From the NCBI GenBank assembly GCA_002269645.1, contig NIVC01004425.1:1-46520 (forward strand): 46,520 nucleotides of DNA. The letters run 5' to 3'. Every line of letters starts with the position of its first letter. The first letter of the stretch is position 1. Source of the stretch: Macrostomum lignano. Taxonomy: Eukaryota. Of this stretch, positions 13,876 to 25,090 are shown piece by piece. The position numbers and the translations under genes were made by a program. The notes under the pieces were generated by a model. The model had not been told where the DNA came from, ran no database searches, and saw only the letters and a program-made list of their open reading frames with translations.

Positions 13876-14307
13876 TCAGTTCGCCGCAGCCGGGTCCTCC
13901 TTGGGCGCCGCCGCAGACTCCTCAGCCAGGGTATCGCTCTTGTCGGGCTCGTCCTGGCTGTGGGGTCGCTTGGCTGGTGGTTCCAAATTGAGCTCGACGG
14001 TTGCGAACAGAACTTGCTCCTGCTCTTGCACCAGGGCTTCCAGTCGCTCGCACTCTCTCTTCTTGCGCTCCAGCTCAGCCTCGGTGTCTGTCAGTCGCTT
14101 CTTGTAGTCGTCCAGTTGCTGCCTTTGCTCAGCCACGACTTCGGCGAGTGATGCCTTGCTCTTCGATTCGTGTTGTAGTGTCTCGTGGTCCTCCTGAATT
14201 ATTTCCGATGTCAATCTTAAGAATGTATTGAAGTGCTGCTCCATGGCTTTCTTCTGCTTGTCGAATTTCTCCAGGTTGCTGCCGGATTGTGTTGTGTGAT
14301 GAGCCAT
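13876..14307 (-). CDS. Intronless 143-aa hypothetical protein with a central coiled coil, basic motifs (RKKRE, PPAKRP) and an acidic/Ala tail; embedded in the array
   Basis: ATG to TGA ORF, GC-rich with GC3-biased codons like the eEF2 exons, standing out from AT-rich flanks. Heptad-like E/K/Q/L stretch. No recognisable family. Confidence 0.75.
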   Translation of the reverse strand: MAHHTTQSGSNLEKFDKQKKAMEQHFNTFLRLTSEIIQEDHETLQHESKSKASLAEVVAEQRQQLDDYKKRLTDTEAELERKKRECERLEALVQEQEQVLFATVELNLEPPAKRPHSQDEPDKSDTLAEESAAAPKEDPAAAN

Positions 14308-16422
14308 AAGTTAATTAAGTTAGGTATGTAAATAGAGTAAATTAAGAAAAAAATTTGGACGTTATTTTGGGAACAGATATTTTTTCAGATGAATGGCTGC
14401 TGTCACATTTATCGGGCTAGATTTGCACAGAACTGGTTTAGAACTGGTTGGGGTAGCCAGCTAAAGGTTTTAGCACCTTGAAAAAAATTGACAAAAAGGC
14501 CTGTGTCGAGATCAGGTAGAAAGGTCTGTAGGATTTTTTCATTTACTCGTAGACATTGCAGTCATTGTGTAGGGTAGGCCTGCAGCTGTACACTGTGAGC
14601 GCATAGAGAAAATCCAAGAGTTTGGGGTTGATTGTTAGAGGGTTAAGCTTATTTACGCTATTGAGTCAATACACTGTTGTCGTGGTGGGGGCCGATAGTT
14701 ATTGAGGTGTAAAGGTGCAGAGTGTCATTTTAAAGTTGATAGTTTAAAGTTTAAAGTTTGTTCTGTAGCCTACTGGGCATTCACTGTGTACACTGAACCC
14801 TATCACTTCACCACTCGCCACCCCCGCCACCCCGGCCCCAACACGGGTTATTTGAATTGAATAGTTGTCAGAAAATTTAAAGAATGATTTTTTCTTGAAT
14901 GCTGTGCTTTTTGTTTTCATGTTTAAAGCAAGAAACTTATATCCCCGAACTCAGCGTTGCAAGCTCTTTCCAGCAATATAAGTCTCTTCTCTTAAAGTTT
15001 AAAACTCGTGGAACAGTTGACGTTTGAAATTTACCGATTTCCCGACTGCTTGCCTGAGAGGCTCGCAAGTTTATTCATTGAATTTCACTGCCAAGCTAAT
15101 ACACAGGGCCGATAATAAAACCAATTGAATCTCGACAGTCTATCTATTTACACTGTACAACTGCTATGTACACTCGGCCCAAGCCCTACCCCCGTTCTGG
15201 GGAAACCATTAAATTTAACTCAACCCCCCAACACGCGGGGGGGTTTTATTTGCATTGAACCCAGAACACGCGCACCCACCACCCCCTCAATACACAGCGG
15301 CCCGCGGGCGGAGGTTGGGGTGGCTATTTTTACAAACTGGCTGCAGCCCCAGGCAGAGTAGAAAAAGAAAGTTATTGGGGGTCAAAAAGGCAGTTTTCTG
15401 CTTTTTTGAGGATCTTAGAAATTAAAATTAAAAAAACAGAAATTAAAACAGAAATCCTCTCCGTGAAACTGGACTCAATCGAAAGTTTCTCTGTCAAACA
15501 ACTGAACTCTCAGGATTCAGTGGTTAGGGTTAGGGTTAGAACTACGCACAGCTTCGTGTTAAAAGGCACTGATAAACTATTGAACTAATTGAATCAATTC
15601 ATTGCGCAACCGATTTCACAGTCAGTCAGTATCAGTCTCAGTTAAAGTTAACAAAAACATTGCGCAATCTAAATCAACCCTCCAATACAAAGCAACTGAC
15701 CCCATTCCTATACACAGCGCCAGTTGGAAGTCGAAACCCCCAACTTTATCTCTCACCTCTCGCCAAAATGAGTACAATCTTTGCAGAAAGTTTAAAGTAT
15801 GGAAATAGTTTTTGCAATGCAGAGCTTTTAGTTTTCATATTTGAAGCAAACAATTTATATCCATGAAATCAGCTTTGCAAGTTCTTTCCAGCAATATAAA
15901 TTTTTTCTCTCAAAGTTAAAAACTCGAGCAACAGTTTGCGTTTGAAACTTTCTGATTTAAAGCATTGAAATATCGATTGTACGTTCACTGCCTGCTAAAG
16001 AGGCCCGCAAGTTTATGCATTGAATTTCAACGTTCAACAAAATCACAGGGCTGCCTATTGAAAATTAGAACACAAATCTTTGCGCAATTGTCTATACAGT
16101 CAGCCAGTGAGCCAGGGTCCGATTGTACACAGGCAGCCATTTAGAACGCCCCATCCCCCCACTGGAGAGAAAATACACTGCAGAGATAGGGAAAAGTTGT
16201 GGCGCAATCACTTGAAATTCATGCAAATTTTCAGCTCCAAGCAGAAAGAGGGGACAATTAAGATTATCAAAGGTCAAGACCGCCGTTTTCTGCTTTTTTG
16301 AGGATTTTAGAAATTAAAATTTCAGAATTAAAATAGCCTATAGCCGACCTCGGATAATTTCCAATCTTCCCATATAAGTTTCAACGCTGAGTTGCCACTA
16401 TTCAAGGAGGAGTTGTCGAAAT

Positions 16423-16462
<40 letters not shown>

Positions 16463-17817
16463 ACGCGTCAACTTTAGTATATACGAGTGGAACTCCTCCT
16501 TCGGAGGAGAAAGGGGAAGAACTCCCATCACCGGAATTCCATTCCCTGAAATATCCATCAACTGAAATTTCATGTCTTGAACCCTATCTTCCAAATCGTC
16601 TCCAAATTCTTTACAAAACCTTTCAAAGAACATAGCTCAAAGACTCTCACGTCTCTCATATCTCCTCTCACCTCTGTTCGCTATTATCGTGATCGTGACT
16701 CTCTTCTCTCTCCTCTCTCTCATTTCATCTCTACCCCTACTCCCTTATTTATCTCTTCTCCCTCGTCTTTCGTCTGTACCTTCTCCTGTCTCTTGTCTCC
16801 TCTCTTCTCTCATGTCTCTCCTCTTCACTTCTGTCTCCTGTCTCCTCTCTTCTCTCTTATCTCTCCCTCTTCTCTCCTCTCCTTTCTCCTTTCATCTTAT
16901 CCCCTCTCTTCTCTATACTCTAATCTCTTTTCTCTTATGTTCTCACTCATCTCTTTTCTCATAGCATCTCTCATCTCTCTTCTCCTCACTACTTTCCTCT
17001 CTTAACTCTCTTATCTCTGATCTTTCATCTCTTTTCTCTCTCCTCTCTCTCTTCTCCTCTCGCTTCTCTCTCTCCTCTCTCTCTTCTCATCTCTACTACC
17101 TTATTTATATCTTCTCCCTGGTCTTTCGTCTCTACTCTCTCTTGTCTCATTTCTCCCCTTTTTTCCTCTCTTCTCTCTCCCCTCCTCTCTCATCTCTCAT
17201 CCCTCATCTGACTCTTTCTTTCCCTTCTACTCTCCCTCTCTTCTATTTCCTCTGTACGCTCTTATCTCACATCTCTATTCTCTCTCCTATCATCTCTCTT
17301 GTCTCCCTCTGCTATCTCATATCTCCCCTCTCATCTCCTCTCTCCTCTTCTCTTCTCTCTACTTCGTTCCCGCTTTACTCCCCTCTTCTATCCTATCTGT
17401 CATGTCTAATCTCTCCACTCATTTCTGCTCTGTTTTCTATCATCTCATCTCTCTTCTCTTTTCATTCTTCTCTTTACTCTTTTCTCTGACTGATTGAAGA
17501 TGCCAAATGCTCTCCGCGTAGCAGAAAAATCCTGTCGGTGCAACTGAAAACCATCGAAATCCTCTCCGTGAAACTGGACTCCTTCGAAATCCTCTCCTTG
17601 AAACTTAAATCCATCAAAATCGTCTCCATAAAACAGAAATCAGTCATAAATTATCTCTGCGAAACAGAAATCCTCTCCGTGAAACTGAACACCATCGAAA
17701 TCCTCTCCACGAAACAGAAATCCTCTCCGTCAAAATTAAAACATTGAAATCGTCTCCGCTAAACTGGACTCAATCGAATTTTTTCCGTCAAACAACTCAA
17801 CTCTCCGGATTCATTGG

Positions 17818-17853
17818 TTAGGGTTAGGGTTAGGGTTAGGGTTAGGGTTAGGG
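17818..17853 (+). repeat. Interstitial telomeric repeat (TTAGGG)6, one of 11 tracts in the array
   Basis: Other tracts: 604-621 (x3), 1689-1700 (x2), 4344-4373 (1+TTATTG+3), 6273-6290, 8868-8891 (x4), 11624-11641 (x3), 15524-15535 (x2), 20965-20994 (x5), 23244-23279 (x6), 28276-28299 (x4). Confidence 0.95.
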
Positions 17854-20800
17854 TTAGAACTACGCACAGCTTCGTGTTAAAAGGCACTGATAAAATTATT
17901 GAACTAATTGAATCAATTCATTGCGCAACCGATTTCACAGTCAGTCAGTATCAGTCTCAGTTAAATTTAACCAAAAGATTGCGCAATTTAAATCAACCCT
18001 CCAGTACACAGAGACCGACCCCTTTTCAATACGCTGTGGCAGTTAGAAATTGAACCCACATCTGTTGGGGGCATTGAACCAAAAAATGAGTACAATCTTT
18101 GCATAAAGCTAAAAGTATGGAAATAGTTTTTTTGATGCTGCTCTTTTAGTCTTTATATTAAAAGCTAACAATTTATATCCTCGAACTCAGCGTTGCAAGA
18201 TCTTTTCAGCAGTATAAGTCTCTTCTCTTAAAGTTTAGAACTCGAAGAGCAGTTAGCGTTTGAAAGTTTCCGTTTTAAAGCATTAAAATATCGAGTGTAT
18301 GTTCACTGCCTGCCAAAGAGGCTCGCAAGTTGATTCATTCATTACACAGGCCGGCTATTACACAGGGCAGCGTATTGAAAGGCACAGATAATAAAACAAA
18401 TTGATGGTGCAACCGATTTCACAGTCAGTCAGTATCAGTCTCAGTTAAAGTTAACAAAAACATTGCGCAATCTAAATCAACCCTCCAATACACAGCAGCA
18501 GTGAGAAGTTGAACCCTCCCCCCAACTTTATCTATTACGTCTCGCAAAACTGAGCACAATTTTTGCAGAAAGTTAAAAGCATGGAAATAGTTTTTTCAAT
18601 GCTGTGCTTTTTCTTTTTATATTTAAAGCAAACAACTTATATCCCCGAACTCAGCGTTGCAAGATCTTTCCAGCAATATAAGTTTCTCCTCTGAAAGTTT
18701 AAAACTCGAGGAACAGTTAGCGTTTGAAATTTACCAATTTCCCGCTGACTTGCTAGAGAAGCTCGCAAGTTTATTCATTGAATTTCACTGCCAAACTAAT
18801 ACACAGGGCTGATAATAAAAAATGAACCAATTGAATCAGTTGATTGTGCAATATATTTCTGTGTTAGTCAGTATCAGTTTCAGTTAAAGTTAACAAACAG
18901 ATGGCGCAATCTAAATCAACCCTCAAATACACACCGACCGACCTCCTAACTGTTGGGGGGGGGGTCGGTCGAACGCCATTGAAATCCTAAAATGAGTACA
19001 ATCTTTGCAGAAAGTTTAAAGTATGGAAATAGTTTTTGCAATGCAGAGCTTTTAGTTTTCATATTTAAAGCAAACAATTTATATCCCTGAAATCAGCTTT
19101 GCAAGTTCTTTCCAGCAATATAAATTTTTTCTCTCAAAGTTAAAAACTCGAGCAACAGTTTGCGTTTGAAACTTTCTGATTTAAAGCATTGAAATATCGA
19201 TTGTACGTTCACTGCCTGCTAATTTAAATGTCCAACAAATACACAGGGCTGCCCATTGAGAGGCAGGAAAACTTATCAGTAGCATATCATTGCGCAATTA
19301 TCTATACAGTCAGCCAGTGAGCCAGGGTCCGATTGTACACAGGCAGCCATTTAGAACGCCCCATCCCCCCACTGGAGAGAAAATACACTGCAGAGATAGG
19401 GAAAAGTTGTGGCGCAATCACTTGAAATTCATGCAAATTTTCAGCTCCAAGCAGAAAGAGGGGACAATTAAGATTATCAAAGGTCAAGACCGCCGTTTTC
19501 TGCTTTTTTGAGGATCTTAGAAATTAAAATTTCAGAATTAAAATAGCCTATAGCCGACCTCGGATAATTTCCAATCTTCCCATATAAGTTTCAACGCTGA
19601 GTTGCCACTATTCAAGGAGGAGTTGTCGAAATGACACACACACACACACACACAGACAGACAGACAAACAACACGTCAACTTTAGTATATATAGATACGA
19701 GTGGAACTCCTCCTTCGGAGGAGAAAGGGGAAGAACTCCCATCACCGGAATTCTATTCCCTGAAATATCCATCAACTGAAATTCCATGTCTTTAACCCTA
19801 TCTTCCAAATCGTCTCCAAATTCTTTACAAAATCTTTCAAAGACCATAGCTCAAAGACTCTCAAGTCTCTCATATCTCCTCTCTCCTCTCTCTCATCTCA
19901 TCTCTACCCCTGCTCCCTTATTTATCTCTTCTCCCTCGTCTTTCGTCTGTACCTTCTCCTGTCTTCTGTCTCCTCTCTTCACTCTTATCTCTCCCTCTTC
20001 TCTCCTCTCTCATATGTCATCTCTACTCACTTATCTATCGTCTCTCTTAACCCTCTCTCTCTCTTCTCTTTTCTCTTCTCTCTGCTCTCATTTCTCATAT
20101 TTCATATACGCTCTGACACTACTTTCTTGTCTCCCATCTTTCTTCCTCCTTTTCACTATCCCCTGTCTCTTCTCTTCTCTCTTTTCTATTCTCTCCATTC
20201 TCTCTTTTCTCCTTTCCTTGCTCCTTGCTCCTTTCATCTCTCTCCTCTCTCCTCACTCTCTTCTCCTTTCGCTTCTCTCTCCTCTCTCTCCTCTCATCTT
20301 TACTACCTTATTTATATCTTCTCCCTAGTCTTTCGTCTGTACTCTCTCCTGTCTCCTCTCTCCCCTCCTCTCTCATCCCTCATCTCCTCATCTCACTCTT
20401 TCTTTCTCCTCTACTCTCCCCTCTCTTCTATTGCCTCTGTACGCTCTTATCCCTCATCTATTCTCTCTCCTATCATCTCCAATCTGTCATGTCTAATCTC
20501 TCCACTCAATTATACTCTGTTTTCTATCATCTCTCTCTCTTCTCTTTTCAGTCTTCTCTTTACTCTCTTCTCTGACTGATTGAAGATGCCAAATCCATCA
20601 AGATCCTCTCCGCGAAGCAAAATCCTGTCTGTGCAACTAAAAACCATCGAAATCCTCTCAGTGAAACTGGACTCCTTCGAAATCCTCTCCTTGAAACTTA
20701 AATCCATCAAAATTGTTCCATAAAACAGAAATCAATCATAAATTATCTCCGCGAAACAGAAAGCCTCTCCGTGAAGCTGAACATGATCGAAATCCTCTCC

Positions 20801-23243
20801 GTGAAACTGAACACCATGGAAATCCTTTCGTGAAACTGAACATCATCGAAATCCTCTCCACGAAACAGAAATCTTCTCCGTCAGAATTTAAACATTGAAA
20901 TCGTCTCCGCTAAACTTGACTTAATCGAATTTTTTCCGTCAAACAACTCAACTCGCCAGATTCATTAGGGTTAGGGTTAGGGTTAGGGTTAGGGTTAGAA
21001 CTACGCACAGCTTCGTGTTAAAAGGCACAGATAAAAATATTGAACTAATTGAATCAATTCATTGCGCAACCGATTTCACAGTCAGTCAGTATCAGCCTCA
21101 GGTAAAGTTAACAAAAACATTGCGCAATCTAAATCAACCCTCCAATACACAGCAGCAGTGAGAAGTTGAACCCTCCCCCCAACAATCTTTGCAGATTAAA
21201 GTACAATCTTTGCAGAAAGTTAAAAGTATGGAAATAGTTTTTCAAATGCTGTGCTTTTTCTTTTCATATTTAAAGCAAACAACTTATATCCCCGAACTCA
21301 GCGTTGCAAGATCTTTCCAGCAATATAAGTTTCTCCTCTCAAAGTTTAAAACTCGAGGAACAGTTAGCGTTTGAAACTGTCTGATTTATAGCATTGAAGT
21401 ATCGAGTGTACGTTCACTGCCTGCTTGCAAGTTGATGCATTGAATTTCAATGTCCAACAAATACACAGGACGGCCCATTGAAAGGCAGGAAAACTTATCA
21501 GTAGCCATATCATTGCGCAATTATCTATAAAGTCAGCCAGTGAGCCAGGGTCCAAGTGTACACACGCAGCCACTGAGAACGCTCCCACCCCCCACTGGAA
21601 AGAAAATACACTACAGAGATAGGGAAAAGTTGTGGCGCAATCACTAAAAATTCATGCATTTTTCAGCTCCAAGCAGAAAGAGGGGACAATTAAGATTATC
21701 AAAGGTCAAGATTCAAGTTTTCTGCTTTTTTGAGGATCTTAGAAATTAAAATTTCAGAATTAAAATAGCCTATAGCCGACCTCGGATAATTTCCAATCTT
21801 CCCATATAAGTTTCAACGCTGAGTTGCCACTATTCAAGGAGGAGTTGTCGAAATGACAGACAGACACACAGACAGACAGACAAACAACGCGTCAACTTTA
21901 GTATATACGAGTGGAACTCCTCCTTCGGAGGAGAAAGGGGAAGAACTCCCATCACCGGAATTCCATTCCCTGAAATATCCATCAACTGAAATTTCATGTC
22001 TTGAACCCTATCTTCCAAATCGTCTCCAAATTCTTTACAAAACCTTTTAAAGAACATAGCTCAAAGACTCTCACGTCTCTCATATCTCCTCTCACCTCTG
22101 TTCGCTATTATCGTGATCGTGACTCTCTTCTCTCTCCTCTCTCTCATTTCATCTCTACCCCTACTCCCTTATTTATCTCTTCTCCCTCGTCTTTCGTCTG
22201 TACCTTCTCCTGTCTCTTGTCTCCTCTCTTCTCTCATGTCTCTCCTCTTCACTTCTGTCTCCTGTCTCCTCTCTTCTCTCTTATCTCTCCCTCTTCTCTC
22301 CTCTCCTTTCTCCTTTCATCTTATCCCCTCTCTTCTCTATACTCTAATCTCTTTTCTCTTATGTTCTCACTCATCTCTTTTCTCATAGCATCTCTCATCT
22401 CTCTTCTCCTCACTACTTTCCTCTCTTAACTCTCTTATCTCTGATCTTTCATCTCTTTTCTCTCTCCTCTCTCTCTTCTCCTCTCGCTTCTCTCTCTCCT
22501 CTCTCTCTTCTCATCTCTACTACCTTATTTATATCTTCTCCCTGGTCTTTCGTCTCTACTCTCTCTTGTCTCATTTCTCCCCTCTTTTTTCCTCTCTTCT
22601 CTCTCCCCTCCTCTCTCATCTCTCATCCCTCATCTGACTCTTTCTTTCCCTTCTACTCTCCCTCTCTTCTATTTCCTCTGTACGCTCTTATCTCACATCT
22701 CTATTCTCTCTCCTATCATCTCTCTTGTCTCCCTCTGCTATCTCATATCTCCCCTCTCATCTCCTCTCTCCTCTTCTCTTCTCTCTACTTCGTTCCCGCT
22801 TTACTCCCCTCTTCTATCCTATCTGTCATGTCTAATCTCTCCACTCATTTCTGCTCTGTTTTCTATCATCTCATCTCTCTTCTCTTTTCATTCTTCTCTT
22901 TACTCTTTTCTCTGACTGATTGAAGATGCCAAATGCTCTCCGCGTAGCAGAAAAATCCTGTCGGTGCAACTGAAAACCATCGAAATCCTCTCCGTGAAAC
23001 TGGACTCCTTCGAAATCCTCTCCTTGAAACTTAAATCCATCAAAATCGTCTCCATAAAACAGAAATCAGTCATAAATTATCTCTGCGAAACAGAAATCCT
23101 CTCCGTGAAACTGAACACCATCGAAATCCTCTCCACGAAACAGAAATCCTCTCCGTCAAAATTAAAACATTGAAATCGTCTCCGCTAAACTGGACTCAAT
23201 CGAATTTTTTCCGTCAAACAACTCAACTCTCCGGATTCATTGG

Positions 23244-23279
23244 TTAGGGTTAGGGTTAGGGTTAGGGTTAGGGTTAGGG
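23244..23279 (+). repeat. Interstitial telomeric repeat (TTAGGG)6
   Basis: Six perfect TTAGGG units in the same flanking context as 17818-17853. Confidence 0.95.
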
Positions 23280-25059
23280 TTAGAACTACGCACAGCTTCG
23301 TGTTAAAAGGCACTGATAAAATTATTGAACTAATTGAATCAATTCATTGCGCAACCGATTTCACAGTCAGTCAGTATCAGTCTCAGTTAAATTTAACCAA
23401 AAGATTGCGCAATTTAAATCAACCCTCCAATACACAGAGACCGACCCCTTTTCAATACGCTGTGGCAGTTAGAAATTGAACCCACATCTGTTGGGGGCAT
23501 TGAACCAAAAAATGAGTACAATCTTTGCATAAAGCTAAAAGTATGGAAATAGTTTTTTTGATGCTGCTCTTTTAGTCTTTATATTAAAAGCTAACAATTT
23601 ATATCCTCGAACTCAGCGTTGCAAGATCTTTTCAGCAGTATAAGTCTCTTCTCTTAAAGTTTAGAACTCGAAGAGCAGTTAGCGTTTGAAAGTTTCCGTT
23701 TTAAAGCATTAAAATATCGAGTGTATGTTCACTGCCTGCCAAAGAGGCTCGCAAGTTGATTCATTCATTACACAGGCCGGCTATTACACAGGGCAGCGTA
23801 TTGAAAGGCACAGATAATAAAACAAATTGATGGTGCAACCGATTTCACAGTCAGTCAGTATCAGTCTCAGTTAAAGTTAACAAAAACATTGCGCAATCTA
23901 AATCAACCCTCCAATACACAGCAGCAGTGAGAAGTTGAACCCTCCCCCCAACTTTATCTATTACGTCTCGCAAAACTGAGCACAATTTTTGCAGAAAGTT
24001 AAAAGCATGGAAATAGTTTTTTCAATGCTGTGCTTTTTCTTTTTATATTTAAAGCAAACAACTTATATCCCCGAACTCAGCGTTGCAAGATCTTTCCAGC
24101 AATATAAGTTTCTCCTCTGAAAGTTTAAAACTCGAGGAACAGTTAGCGTTTGAAATTTACCAATTTCCCGCTGACTTGCTAGAGAAGCTCGCAAGTTTAT
24201 TCATTGAATTTCACTGCCAAACTAATACACAGGGCTGATAATAAAAAATGAACCAATTGAATCAGTTGATTGTGCAATATATTTCTGTGTTAGTCAGTAT
24301 CAGTTTCAGTTAAAGTTAACAAACAGATGGCGCAATCTAAATCAACCCTCAAATACACACCGACCGACCTCCTAACTGTTGGGGGGGGGGTCGGTCGAAC
24401 GCCATTGAAATCCTAAAATGAGTACAATCTTTGCAGAAAGTTTAAAGTATGGAAATAGTTTTTGCAATGCAGAGCTTTTAGTTTTCATATTTAAAGCAAA
24501 CAATTTATATCCCTGAAATCAGCTTTGCAAGTTCTTTCCAGCAATATAAATTTTTTCTCTCAAAGTTAAAAACTCGAGCAACAGTTTGCGTTTGAAACTT
24601 TCTGATTTAAAGCATTGAAATATCGATTGTACGTTCACTGCCTGCTAATTTAAATGTCCAACAAATACACAGGGCTGCCCATTGAGAGGCAGGAAAACTT
24701 ATCAGTAGCATATCATTGCGCAATTATCTATACAGTCAGCCAGTGAGCCAGGGTCCGATTGTACACAGGCAGCCATTTAGAACGCCCCATCCCCCCACTG
24801 GAGAGAAAATACACTGCAGAGATAGGGAAAAGTTGTGGCGCAATCACTTGAAATTCATGCAAATTTTCAGCTCCAAGCAGAAAGAGGGGACAATTAAGAT
24901 TATCAAAGGTCAAGACCGCCGTTTTCTGCTTTTTTGAGGATCTTAGAAATTAAAATTTCAGAATTAAAATAGCCTATAGCCGACCTCGGATAATTTCCAA
25001 TCTTCCCATATAAGTTTCAACGCTGAGTTGCCACTATTCAAGGAGGAGTTGTCGAAATG

Positions 25060-25090
<31 letters not shown>

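Noticed and set aside
4340-23479. MVRVRVRVR... ORFs
   Set aside because: These are (TTAGGG)n read in frame with non-ATG starts; the downstream frames differ between copies.
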